Shown here piece after piece: positions 1-12,300 of a DNA stretch of 64,000 bases (its first letter is position 1; each line of letters begins with the position of its first letter). The notes beneath the pieces were generated by a model, which searched no databases, was not told the origin of the DNA, and was given only the letters and a program-made list of their open reading frames with translations. A program made the position numbers and the translations under genes. The stretch comes from Bispira polyomma (lineage: Eukaryota): positions 30,442,001 through 30,506,000 of the forward strand of contig OZ287759.1 of NCBI GenBank assembly GCA_965649765.1, read 5' to 3'.

Positions 1-172
1 GTTTAGCTCTGCTGTAAACTTAAAAAGAGGTTTGGCACTGCTGTAATTAGATCCTGGGTTGTGATGGATCTTGAAATTAATAGTCCAGTACACTAACAGT
101 CGAGCTAAAGGGGTAACCCAAGAAGCCTGGGTGTTTAATGCGCTGATATACACTGATATTACAATAACTTAC

Positions 173-412
173 TTCTATAGATGTAGGAGTGCACATTTTC
201 TAACCTTTTGAAGGTTGTACACTCAGTTTTAGGGTAGCACACATGCTGCCCCGCAGCAGGTCTCTCATCCACCACAAAGCCCATGCATTGTGAGTTCGAA
301 CTGCAGATATCTGCACAGGCGCTGGCATCCGTGTTCTGAGTGGCACCAATGTCATTACCATAACAATCAAAGTGTAGTACCTCGTGGTAGAAATTGATAT
401 TGTCCGGTCTGG
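173..412 (-). CDS. Internal exon encoding a PAN/Apple-like domain of a secreted protein; the gene continues beyond the left edge
   Basis: Minus strand: acceptor ...ttttgtcacacAG|CC and donor AGAA|GTAAGT. The 240-nt phase-1/1 exon is open throughout: (A)RPDNINFYHEVLHFDCYGNDIGATQNTDASACADICSSNSQCMGFVVDERPAAGQHVCYPKTECTTFKRLENVHSYIYR. The pattern DCxGNDI...CxxxC-x5-CxGF...CYPK is typical of PAN/Apple modules. Confidence 0.85.
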
Positions 413-499
413 CTGTGTGACAAAATGCAGAAAAAATAAGTATAAACTAAATAGAGTCATTACAGCTGTTCCAAAAAATATCCGTAAAGAGTACCCGTC

Positions 500-800
500 A
501 AATTACCCAAATGCTTTATATATTCTTATACACTGCACCCAAGTTATGGAATTGCCTACCACAAGATATCAGATGCTTACCTTCTCTTTCAACATTTAAA
601 AGTAAGCTAAAGACACATATCTCTATCAAATAGGTTATTCCTCCTGACACTGACTTACCATCACCGACTCCCTCTCTGGTAACGACCCATTTTCTGTCCA
701 CAACAACACAATTCAACACAATTACTGAATAATTATTTTGATTCTCGTGCTTTAGATTCTGTCAGTACAGAGATTAAGCGCCATTGCGGACAAATAGATT
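500..800 (+). mobile_element. L2/CR1-clade LINE 3' fragment
   Basis: Encodes APKLWNCLPQDIRCLPSLSTFKSKLKTH, the characteristic L2 ORF2 C-terminus. Confidence 0.75.
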
Positions 801-1694
801 AGATATATTAAAATTTTATAACAAGAGAAGATCAATTAATAACGTCAGAATCTGTTACTTTTAACTGGACCTTTTAACCTTTTACTATATGGTGTATAAT
901 TATGCCTTTTTATAGTTAAACACAAGTCTAAATACAGCTATTGGCAGATACAAACAAAGCAAGTATTGATTTGTTGCCTGTAAGAATTACTTTTGAACTT
1001 AACTTGAAATACAACAAAAATCAAGCAGATCGTGTAAGCCTTTTATTTGATGAACTTATTAAATTTAATGCAGTTGAAATATGCAATCATAAACTGCAAC
1101 GATTCTAAAACCATCAAAAAATTTATCTTCTCTATGTTTTCAAAAAATGGCTTCTACCGCATACAGAAAAAAAGGAACAGTGCATAATCCCTATATATTA
1201 TAGCTACGACACCCTTTACTATGTGAAGGGTGGAAGGGAGTTGCGCTCCTGGCCGCCGGACGCTATGGGGTCGGTTAACACCCAGTCTGTTTTCTATTTT
1301 ATTAACCAGCTGTTAACCCCCCTACACTTACGACCTTGCTATGCCCATGGACTTCACAATTGGGTCACCCATTCTGCTGTTCCGCTTTAGAAGATGCTTA
1401 GCATAAAAAAAAATGTGTTAAAAATGTATAATAATAATAATAGACTACGTCTCAATGTTTTACACATCCACGCAATTCACAACAAACAAGGATAATGTTT
1501 TTAAAAGTATTTCTTGTACATAAAATATTTCCTTTTTTCATATTTTAACATAATTCATTTATTGTCAATGTGTGACAGACTATATTAGGAAAATTACATA
1601 TTGGAACTATATTTTTCCCACAATCCCAAGCAGTATCCGTGAGGGATTGTTCTGCCTGCAAAATGATAACATTGTGAGGATGCCTTCTCTCGAC

Positions 1695-1933
1695 TGCCAA
1701 CAGCCAATTGCGACCGAAATCAGTTAACTATCGTTCTCCCAACTGAAGAGAGAGAGAGACTAGGGTATGACCATTTATTAACATCTTAAAAGATGCTTTG
1801 CCTGCCAATGGGAATTTGATTTTAGTGGTCATTGCAGTCACTAAATATCTGCTGGTATCTAGTCATCCCTAGGATCAAACTCCGGTCTTCTGTGTATCTA
1901 AGCGAACATCTTTAACCACTGGGTAACAGTGGC
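1695..1933 (-). mobile_element. tRNA-derived SINE, degenerate
   Basis: Minus-strand head with A-box-like cccagtggttaaag and B-box-like gagtttgatcc. The body (aacagccaa...cagttactgtcatt...gagagaggcttgaggatgacc) recurs at ~2030, ~17790 and ~18620. Confidence 0.6.
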
Positions 1934-2014
1934 ATGGGTATTTTCACTGTAATTGTAATCAGATTTATACTCAGCGCACATATATTTAAATTCATCTGGT
2001 AATTAGAGCACTCA

Positions 2015-2341
2015 TTAACCCTTTCCTGACTACAACAGTCAACTGCCTCAGTTACTGTCATTCCCCTAACTAAAGAGAGAGGCTTGAGGATGACCTTTTA
2101 TCAATGTCCCCAAGGATCTTTAGCCTGCCACTGGGGTTTCTCCCACATTACCTAGTGACAGACCACCACCATTTTAAGTGGTCATCCATGCCACTAGGCA
2201 AACATGTGTACAAATCTTGCCCAAGGATGTTAACCCACCAATGAAACTAGTAGATTAAGATTATCAGAAGGTACCCGGACTAGAACCCAAGGCCTTCTGA
2301 TCATCAGACCAACTCCCTAACCACTAAGCCACGGGGGACCC
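2015..2341 (-). mobile_element. tRNA-derived CORE-type SINE
   Basis: Minus-strand head gggtccccgtggcttagtggttagg...gggttctagtcc, followed by the CORE-like tccttgggcaag motif. Confidence 0.65.
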
Positions 2342-3195
2342 TACAGTCAGATTCTTGACCCTATCTGGCACCAGTTCTTATATTTTGGGACCATTAATGC
2401 ATTAATATAGATTTGGGTCTCCTCTTTGTGAGAATATAAGGACTGGCACAGTTTACTCTATGGAATTGAAGGTAACTCTGTCCAGACTCTGATGAAATCT
2501 AAATTTTGATATTCGGTAAATATTTATATATTCTATTAGGTAACATAGAAGAAAATCTATCGTGGAGCTATTCTAAAACCTGTAAATTAATTTGTGAAAT
2601 TATAGATGAAACTACTTATGTAACAAAAAGTATCAAGTTCAATGGCCAAAAATGTCTGTCTGTCGATGGAATAGCCAAGTAGTTTCATAGTGTTGCTCAT
2701 TACACAATGTATTCCTCACTTAACTAAGAATACAAAAGGGTTTAACAATCTCTGCAGACGTAAATAATTACTAAATTAATAGGTACTACTACTAGGCATA
2801 TAGGTGTTCATGCATGGATTAATCCATCTAAAATTCAAGATACTATATTTTATTGCACACAAAATCGTCCTTCATAGGAGATGTAAGTTTATTGAAATTT
2901 TTGAAATATCAAGAGAAATGTAGTAAGTCTTATTACATCATTAAGAAAAAATCCTGATAAAGCCTTGTTTCAAAACTCAAATTTTCTGTAAAATTATTTT
3001 CCCACATTACTCTTCTTTTAATAAATATATCGGTTTGAGAATTAATTATAGAGAGTGTTTTTTATTCTAAAAACTTTCTTTTTGCTTGAAAGTGGTTTAA
3101 TTGCTTTTCAAGCAGTCTCTTTTTCTATGTGTTTATGGTTAAAATAATGTTAAGAAAACTCTTTAAAATATCATTTAAATTATAAAATACAATTA

Positions 3196-3415
3196 CGGGC
3201 GTGGGTGGTGTAGTGGTAACAGACTGGCCTCCTGTCTCTGCAGATTTTCGTTTGAATTCCCCCTTTGGGTTGTATGTGGTAACATTTGCGGTAAACTTGG
3301 TTTGCAGATCAGAAAACCTTGAACAACTACCCTGCTATGATCTCCTCCATTGGTGAGCTGCCCGACGTGGTATGACATAACATGTGTGTGATGTTAGACC
3401 CAACATTAACAAAAC
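3196..3415 (+). mobile_element. tRNA-derived SINE, old copy
   Basis: A box ggtggtgtagtggtaa and B box gtttgaattcc. The body resembles the family at 24735 (gaaaaccttgaacaact). Confidence 0.6.
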
Positions 3416-3490
3416 TACAAAATTACAGTTATGAAAAACTACTGCTGAAAAAACAAACATAATAAGCTCTAAGTAGTTACATGTACTTAC

Positions 3491-3548
3491 CTGACTCAAC
3501 AGAAACTTGGTAAAGAACTCCAAGAATTATCACTATGAACAAATTCAT
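3491..3548 (-). CDS. First coding exon (signal peptide) of the PAN/Apple-domain gene
   Basis: aaaATG start, translation MNLFIVIILGVLYQVSVES+G, then a consensus CAG|GTAAGT donor. Phase 1 matches exon 173-412 (G+CC = Ala). Hydrophobic core followed by a small-residue cleavage region. Confidence 0.75.
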
Positions 3549-3835
3549 TTTGTGTGTATCTACCATCCAAAATGTATGTTAAATTACATCTAGCACAACG
3601 GTGAACTATATATTCCAGATATTATTTCATTTGTATTAGGTAACTGTATTTAAAAGGCTTGTGTACATGTGTGACTGTGTGTGGTTTTCTTTTGTTGTTG
3701 TACAAACAGATTAAGAGCGTTTGAGTTTTTTATAGGAAGTTGGCTATAATCCATATGTTATTGTATGTAGTTAATTCTATATATAGCAACACATTTCAAT
3801 CTTTTACAACTACATTCTACACAGATAGATTTTTA

Positions 3836-4174
3836 GCCTGGGCTTCCTTTCAGAATGTTTTTCTCGGCCGACGTCGGCCGACATTCGGACAACATCGGCC
3901 CATTTTATCGGTCATTATTTAATATTAGCATGTGCTTCCTTTCAACATATTTTCCTCAGATCAGATCAGACGTTAGCTGACATCTGTTACACCATCAAAA
4001 TTTATCGGTCAGGGAGGTCGGTCCAATTTATGAACAAAAATTAAGAAAAAAAAATTGATATTGAAATATTTAGTACATATCGGATGAAAGTAGGCGCTAC
4101 ATTAGCTGATGTCAGATCGGCTCGGATTTTAATAAATCAGCCGACGTCGGTGACTGTCGAAAGGAAGCCCAGGT
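3836..4174. mobile_element. PIF/Harbinger-type MITE
   Basis: TIR (g/a)cctgggcttcctttc ... gaaaggaagcccagg(t), flanked by TTA on both sides, with internal ccgacgtcgg repeats. Confidence 0.8.
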
Positions 4175-5356
4175 TTACTGTACATGTACCATTATGTGGT
4201 GTTAAGAGCCTTGTTTACTCTTACCAACAGTCACACAAGTAAATTTGGTTAAATCCATTCAGATATATATATATATACATTGCAGATTTAGGTTTTATTT
4301 GATTTGATGATATAGTCCCTGATTATCTTCTAAATACATTTCGTACATTGCAGTTTTCAATTCCAAGCAGTGTGAATATATTGACCTTTAAGACAATCCC
4401 CTCAGGCTCAATCTGATCCTTATTCTAAACAAATAATTTTTTCAGAATCAACTATTTTCACAAAGAAAAATTTATTTACTGGCACTTAAGAGGTATAACA
4501 CATACAATCATTGAAAGATTCATATATATGTTAGAATCTGTGAAACTAGTCATTAAACGTAATGACTAAAACTTTTAGTCATTTCATGTAATGACTGAAA
4601 CTACATTGAGCAGACAATAATATTATATATCATGATCAGATATTTTTCAAATGCAATTTTATGTGTAATTATAGGTATTTTTAATACTTTATCTTCTTTG
4701 TGGTAGGTGTTTTAATTTTCTTGACAATATGGTATCATTATGTTCAATAAGAAATGGAACAATTGAAGTAATGCATGCTGTTATTTATTACACACTAACA
4801 TGAATAAGGTTAATGGATAAAATGTAAGATAAAATATATAATTTGATAAAATATGGATAAACACCTATTTATTACTGTCTATCAGTACTACATATTCAGA
4901 ATACAAATTTGCTAAGACTAAAGATCACTGTGGTAAATTCCATTAGTTTCCCATTGAGTGTTTGTTTCTACATGTACTATTTCTTTAGAAAAAACTCATT
5001 AATTTTATATCACTCAAAGACAAACATATTAAAATATTTGCATTATGTTTGTGTATGTTGTGGGAATATAGGAAATAAAAATGTTTAAGGAATCTTTGTA
5101 CACACATTTAATTGGTATATCATATTTAAACTAACTAACAAACCTTAAGACTGACTGTAAAAATTAATAAAATATGTGAAACTTTGTAGAGATGTATACG
5201 TGTAGTAACACAATGTCAGACTAATAATAAATCTACTTAAGCTTTCACACTGTTAAGAAGTTGCATAAAATAAACTTTATTGTTCAGCATTAAAGAGGCT
5301 TTTAATTTTGATTAGGAGGACATTTGTGTGAAATATTCAACTAAATCCGTACACAG

Positions 5357-5487
5357 NNNNNNNNNNNNNNNNNNNNNNNNNNNNNNNNNNNNNNNNNNNN
5401 NNNNNNNNNNNNNNNNNNNNNNNNNNNNNNNNNNNNNNNNNNNNNNNNNNNNNNNNNNNNNNNNNNNNNNNNNNNNNNNNNNNNNNN
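5357..5487. other. Assembly gap
   Basis: Run of N. Confidence 1.
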
Positions 5488-6589
5488 GAAAACCTGTACA
5501 GCAGTCAGTGTTTTTAAAAAGAAACTAAAAACTCACTTTTTCAGTTTTGCTTTTGAACATTAATTTATAATTTATGCTGTTAAGCGCATTGATTACTTTG
5601 TGTAGATTTTGCGCTATAGAAGAACTTTTATTATTATTATTATATATATTTTGAGCTACCTTGGCGTGCTTGTTGATAAGACCTCTTCAAGATTTGAAAT
5701 CTTAAAACTAAGTGCTATGTTTTTAAGTGCTTTTATGCTTTCCTTAAAATATCAGAGTTTGCCCCTCAATCAGTCAACAGTTTTAAATACACCAGACACA
5801 TATCGGATCAGATCAGATCGGATGTCACCAATGCTCATCAGGGGGTTACTTGATTATCAACTGGCCTAAGACTCTTCTATAAAGATAAAGTTCTCAGTGT
5901 AATGCAGATCCCTGGGATTAGGGATCCGAGCGTTTGTCCCAGATCATGTCCTATGGTATGTGGAGGTCATCTGCCAGTTGGCATTACCTTCATTCATCTA
6001 CTTCCATCGTTCTGTATAAATTTTGTGATTTTTATAAAATATATACTACCTTTTATTAATATGTACAGTTTCTACTAACTCCTAAATTTGTTATTTTATG
6101 ACCTTTTATTTTCATTCCTTTCACCTCTAAAATGATGTACCTGGGTACTGATTACATATCTCCATATTTCCAGCTCATAAAATTTTACCATACCATCTAT
6201 TTGACAGTAAAGAAAGCGAGGGCCAAGCACCTCCTCTAAAGTTTGACCAGGGAATCACAGAAGGTCCTATGACACTGATGTAAAAATTGTAATGTAATCT
6301 ACACACAGCAAACCAATCACAGGCACGGATAGGTAAACAGGAAAACTGTGAACCATGATATGAACCAAACAGAGATGTACAATGAATCCAAGAGAAATAG
6401 TCAGAGGAAGATGCCTATTTCCCATGAACCAGAGATAACTGCCTTTTACACTAACAGGTTTGCAATGTTTCATTGTGTCTGAAACTCTACATATTAGCAT
6501 TTACTATACCAAGCATAACTTTTGCACCTATGAGTGTATCAGTTCACCACTTACCTAACTGCCATCTATACCAAGAAAAATGGAGGTAG

Positions 6590-6850
6590 ATGGATGGGGA
6601 ATGTCATACTAGCATTCACTGTTGCCTCCCCAGTTTTATGGAACAGCCTACCAGAGAGTTTGAAAGACAGTGAATCAATATCAGTTTTAAGTAACGACTC
6701 AAAACACATCTTTTTAGACTCACCTATTGTTAAAACATCCTGTAAAAGCAATCATTTTAGCATATGTTTACATTACTCTGTAAAGTGCTCTAGAGTAATA
6801 TATATAAAGTGCTTTTTAAATTTGTATAATAATATTAATAATAATAATAT
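6590..6850 (+). mobile_element. L2 LINE 3' end
   Basis: AFTVASPVLWNSLPESLK...LKTHLF-like peptide, then a tgtaaagtgctctagag...aataataat tail. Confidence 0.75.
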
Positions 6851-7134
6851 AATAGCACTTCAATGCCAACTTGTAAACTAATAGATACAAATAGAGAGAA
6901 TTGGTGCCCAACTCAGGGGCCAATAAGAAAAATAGGACAGACATCAATCAATAAAAAGCATACAAATTTGTAGTCGGGTAAATACTAAACTAGAAAATGT
7001 ACTGAAATTAACCAGGACCAAGGGGTTGGACCATATTGTCCCTTCTTCTCTTGATATATAGTTATGAGGCTTGGACCTACTTTTTCCTACCTGTGGCAAC
7101 TCAACTAAACACACATAAGTGTCACTCTGGCCAA

Positions 7135-7320
7135 CCAACAAGTATCAATCAGCTTACAAAGCAATTCACTCTGCACACTTCTCTCCTTTAAAATTGACCT
7201 CTTGACCAAAGGGTAAGTATGTATGTGTCTCAATTGATCTTAATGGAGCCTTCAGCAACCTTCGATACCATTCCTCATTTGTTCTTATTATCAAGAGCTT
7301 GAATCATGGTTTGGAAATAG
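7135..7320 (+). mobile_element. L2/CR1 reverse-transcriptase fragment, decayed
   Basis: KYQSAYKAIHS followed by a degenerate D-L-S-x-A-F-D-T-I-like motif (ttcagcaaccttcgataccatt). Confidence 0.55.
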
Positions 7321-7689
7321 TTTGGAAAAAGGGAAATTAAATTAACAGATAAGAGTGAAAAATTATTCCAGGTCTTATCCATTTCACCTTATGAGAGTTA
7401 TATAGCCACATGTGTATACACGAAACTACATAATCCAAACACAAACTCTATAGAAATGACCATTGTAGCATATTTTGTGTTTGAATTACTCTACATTTCA
7501 AAGTACAATTCATAAAGATAATCTATTGGATTTCCCTATAATTCTACAAATGGAAGTGCATAACATAATAGAAAATTAAAATTATACCACAAGAGGGGCA
7601 AACCATATCATTCATACTTTCATATTAATGCAATTAGAAATAGAAAGATTAATCCAGTATAAAAGTATGTCTATATTAATGGCTCACTT

Positions 7690-7916
7690 TCACATTTCGT
7701 GGTTCGTTGGCTTTGTTCGGACAAAGCATAATTTTCGTCTACCTTAACATATTTATTTCGGTTGGAACGATACCGGAATCGGTCTTTTGTAGAGATGCTT
7801 TTTACCTTGACATGAAAACAAAAACAAACCTTTGCACAAGTATACAGAAAATAAAAATCCTTTCCTGGAGGAGGTGATGTAACACAAACCAATTTAATGT
7901 TTATTCATCGGTAAGC
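7690..7916 (+). promoter_or_regulatory. Candidate promoter or non-coding first exon between the two divergent genes
   Basis: Locally CpG-rich, apparently non-repetitive block ending in a G|GTAAGC donor at 7910/7911. NUDT19's ATG exon has an acceptor at 16923 and so needs an upstream 5'UTR exon. Confidence 0.3.
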
Positions 7917-8051
7917 CTTAATTAAAACAATGTATCTACAATGACGATATATTGTGACATTCATGAAATACAGTAGTAATGTCACATATTAATGTTGAAC
8001 GCCAGTCAGTATGGCAAGAACCAAATCAAGGAGCGTTCATAAAAGCGGTTA

Positions 8052-8282
8052 CTGCTTGTGGTTATAATTCGACCGCCTGTTATAAATCGGCCGTCAAAGT
8101 TTGAATGTCAATTAGTAAGAGTTCAGTTACGAAATAAACCATGGGATTAAAGTAAAACAATTATAATACTGATATTTATTAAAGTAAAGTATTGTTAGGC
8201 AAATTAATTTAATTAAAGGTAAGACACATTTATTCTATGATGGCCAATTTATGGCAGGCGGCCGAATTATAACCACAAGCAG
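8052..8282. mobile_element. Tc1/mariner-type MITE
   Basis: ~40-bp TIR ctgcttgtggttataattcgaccgcctg... / ...caggcggccgaattataaccacaagcag with TA target duplication. Confidence 0.85.
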
Positions 8283-8587
8283 TAGGTCTTAATACCGCCC
8301 GCTGCATTTTTAAAGAATTTAGTGAAGGGAATTAAAAAAAGTAAGATATTTAATACACAGTCTTCGGAACCGCCATTAGCGGTTCGCAAACTCAAGGGAT
8401 TTAGAACCGACATACATTTCTATATTATTTTACCGACAAAATCAATTATTTTACCGACATACTTTCGTTTTTTAATAAGGTCCGTGGCTGACATATATCT
8501 CGGGAGTAAACCATGTGTGTGTGCGCGATAATGATGTTATTGAACTTTGACCCTATTACTACTGTAAACAGTTCACGAAAAATGCCC

Positions 8588-8782
8588 CAATATAGCTTTT
8601 TGTATTGGCCCGTCATTGCTCCCTTTTTCTTTGCTAAGTTTTATTTTAAAAATGTAAACATTTTAACCATTTCTCAATGGATTTTGATGCAACAAAAAGC
8701 ATAGTAATAGCTTTTTTATTGGCCCGTCATTGCTCCGTTTTATATGCTAGGTTTTATTTTTAAAACTTAAATATTTTAACCA
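8588..8782. repeat. Direct duplication with ~118-bp period
   Basis: aatagcttttt(g/t)attggcccgtcattgctcc...ttttaacca occurs twice. Confidence 0.8.
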
Positions 8783-8916
8783 CTGTATTAGGTAAAATTG
8801 ATCATAACGGTTTGGAAAGCAAATTGATTCAGAACTGTCAGCGTGTGACGGTTCTAAATCACATTGTTTTCTGAACCGTCTATGACTGCTCTGAAGCCTC
8901 AGTGTATTTAATAATA

Positions 8917-10449
8917 CAAGAGTTGCACGCTATTTCGATACCAGTGGCTGATTAGGGGTGCCATTTAGACACCTAACCCCAGTGCTTACTTCAACCAAAG
9001 AATAAATGTTTAAGATTTATTTTAATAAAATCCTTATTTCTGGCTTGATTTTAACCAATAAGGTATCATTTTAAAGTGTACAACACAGGGAACTTAAATA
9101 TTTCATAATTACAACTGATTTAGTAATTAGCTACACAGTACATCGCTATTAAAATTAATTTCAGGAAATTTAATTTTGAAAATTTCAGCTGGTTATTAGC
9201 ATAGGTTTAACAGCCAGGGTTGTTATATTTCCCGGGAAATACTGTATTTCCCGGGACGGCGGGAAATACCGGGAAATACTAGACAGCATGACTGTTCAGT
9301 TAGTAATGCTTTAAAAAATATATGATGGTCCTTAAAGAAATATATATACACATATATATACTTGTATATGCATATTTTATTATTGTTATTATGTGGATAT
9401 ACACATATGTATTATATAGGGAAGGAAAAAAAACAATTATGTCCATCTTTATTTTAGGTAATTCAGTATGTTTTACTATTTGTGGGTAGCTTATTGTTTC
9501 AGTCAAGTACTTATATAGTTATTATAATATCTGTGCTGTCAGTATAATCCTTTTTAAATCTTTCCTCTATTCAAGAAAAATTACACAGATATATATCCCA
9601 TCTTGATTGAAAAGTATATTGAACAGAACAGGCCTGTATATACAGATAGAGGGTGTAATCCCTTCTGGTTTTAAGATACAATTAGCAAGTGTGACAAGTA
9701 AACCCTTTAACTTAGGTTCAGTGTTCTACAGTGTGGCCATTGTACTTTTGCCTATGCCGTTAATATAATCCCTTTTAAATGCCTGGGCCATTCAATGAGA
9801 AAAGGGAGCACATACTTGTCATAGAGATTAATTCCCTCTTGTTGGAAATGTGTATTTATACTGGGGCAATAAAAAGTAAAAATTTTTCATTTTGTCTTTT
9901 GGTACTGCTGTGTTATCATAAATTTTATTCTTCAAGATGAAATCTAAGGATATAGTTTGGGGATTTTATGATGTGGTTGAAGTAGGTGAAAGAACTTTAC
10001 TAAATTTAAAAAGTGTAAAACAACTGTTCTGAAACGGATCGTTTGAAAGCCATTTTCCTTATTTTTTTGTTATTTGAGTTTGCCAAAAAAGTCACACAAG
10101 AGTATTTCACGGTATTTCCCACTTTTGGAGTATTGGACAGGGCGGTATTTCCCGGGCGGTATTTCCCGCCTGGGAAATACCGAAGCAACCCTGTTAACAG
10201 CGATTTGCTTAATAAACCAGCTATATTTTGTACTTTTGAAATATCTCTGTGTTGTAAGCTTTAAAATGGTGTCTTATTTGTCAAAATCAAGCAAGAAATA
10301 ATGATTTTATTAATAAATCTAAAACAATTATTGTTGTTGGTGTCAAAATGGCCACGCCAACTAGACACCAATACTAATATATGGGGTGTCAAAACGGCCC
10401 CCCTAGCCGATTCAAAATGATGAGGGTGTCGAAATGGCCCCTACACTTG
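8917..10449. mobile_element. Long-palindromic non-autonomous DNA element interrupted by a hAT MITE
   Basis: Arms 8917-~9110 and ~10240-10449 are diverged reverse complements (e.g. tatttctggcttgattttaaccaataagg vs cttatttgtcaaaatcaagcaagaaata). Ends are TA|caag...cttg|TA. Confidence 0.65.
9215..10193. mobile_element. hAT-type MITE
   Basis: TIR cagggttg...caaccctg, exact 8-bp TSD ttaacagc (9207-9214 and 10194-10201), and subterminal atttcccgg/gggaaatac repeats. Confidence 0.9.
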
Positions 10450-12055
10450 TATATATGTTGCCGTTAATGTCTAATTGTGATAAATCAATATAAAAGGGTA
10501 AAAGGTCTTCTTTAAAAAGTGCACTTAATTGATCAAGGTACAAACTAAAACTCGGACTTCACTGTTAAACTTGGAAAAATGTTGTGTAAAGTGGCATAGG
10601 TCATATATGGCTGAGAGGGGGGGGGGGGGGGGTGTTCAAACATAACATCAGACAGGGCAGTAGACAGTTATATTAGAAATAACATTTTGTAAAAAAAATT
10701 GTACATACCTTTCTTCTTTTAGATGCAATCTCACAAATTCTTTGAAAATTTTCCAAACAAATGTTTTTGAAGTGGGTCGATTTGGGTAAGCTAGCTGAAA
10801 CAATACTTTATACAAAATATAGATTTATTTTGTGTATATTTCATGACGTCACTGCAGGGTATATCCCACCTCAAGAAGCACAGCTAAAATGTCAAATTAT
10901 TTAATTTAACAGTTATGAATTCAACTAAAACTGTTGTGGTGTAGTTTGGCATAGTGGATTATTTCAATGTGTTTGGTGGTACAGGTATGTCAATATTGTT
11001 CTGTTTCAGAGGAAATTCTTTAAAAATCAACCCACTTCATGCTGCCCTGTGTAATATATTTAAATATTAAACCAATTTAAGTAAATTAACAACATCCCAC
11101 ACTAAATGTATATGTGGTGTTGGCCTGTAACACCATGTAGCATATAGGTCAAACTTACACCACAACCATTGATTGTAGAACTACCCATGTACTGTCTAAA
11201 TGTATCATAATATTATGTATATTTGCTACCTGTCAAATAAAACATTATTAAAACAGGGAATATTTCCTATAATAGTCACATGTAAATACAAAAATATATA
11301 TGTCAACAATAAAGAGACCATTGCCCATCCTCTAGGTCCGCAGGGAAACCATCCATCCCTTGTGTTTTATTGGTTTTTATTTGGCTGATGGGAACACTTA
11401 ATTCGTCATATGTCAAGGGTCCTTCTAGACACTATGCTTGTTGTGCACTAAGTTTATTTACTTGACAACCTCTTAGTAAATGTTTTAGATTAACATGTTC
11501 GACTATAGAGTTAAAGTACTGTGCCAACTGTTTTTCACAATTGTTTTTATCTGTTCAATATCAGAGAAAAAGACAAAATCTGACATGCTCAATTTTATTT
11601 CTTTGAACATTATTTCTTTCCCTGTATTGGAGTATATATATTTTAGCTAGTACTATCTCTATTAAACGATATTTAATGCAAGTTCACAGAAAAAGGGCAA
11701 ATACTTCTTTTTTTATTAATAGCTTTTTAATGTTGAAATATATACCATTCCCTTGAAGATGAAAAGACACAAATTAACTACACATTGATTAATAATCAAA
11801 CATACCATGATTACCTAAATATTTATTATTTTAGACACACAACACAGTTAATAACATACTTGTTTGTGTGTGTATACTTTTTTATGAAGAGAATGTAAAG
11901 AAAAATATGATTGCATTTGGATGTTTATACTTCATGTATAAAGGGGAAGATGATTGCCTAAATAATACATAAAAGAATCTCTGTCCAACTGATGTCAATT
12001 AACTAAGATTTAGTTTACAGGTAATAATAAATTGCCCATGCCCCTCAATTGCCCC

Positions 12056-12300
12056 TCCCCACAAATGTACTAAACAATTAACCAAATAATTTATGTAATT
12101 AACAATCATCAATAAAGTTCAACTAATGCGACCCCATCCCCCCCCAATACCCACAAATGTACTAAACAATTAACCAAATAATTTATGTAATTAACAATCA
12201 TCAATAAAGTTCAACTAATGCCACCCCATCCCCCCAATACCCACACATGTAGTAAAAAATTTATCCAATTCACATAATTTAATAACTTCCAACTAACCCC
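12056..12300. repeat. ~90-bp tandem repeat, about 2.5 copies
   Basis: cccacaaatgtactaaacaattaaccaaataatttatgtaattaacaatcatcaataaagttcaactaatgc repeated. Confidence 0.85.

Noticed and set aside
200-460. 86-aa minus-strand ORF in the track
   Set aside because: It is an alternative frame of the PAN exon; only the other frame has matching splice sites and a domain pattern.
5780-5850. Hammerhead ribozyme candidates (CTGATGAG on minus at ~5840; atgatgag..gaaa at ~29835)
   Set aside because: No properly placed GAAA and stems at the first site; the conserved C and a stable stem II are missing at the second.
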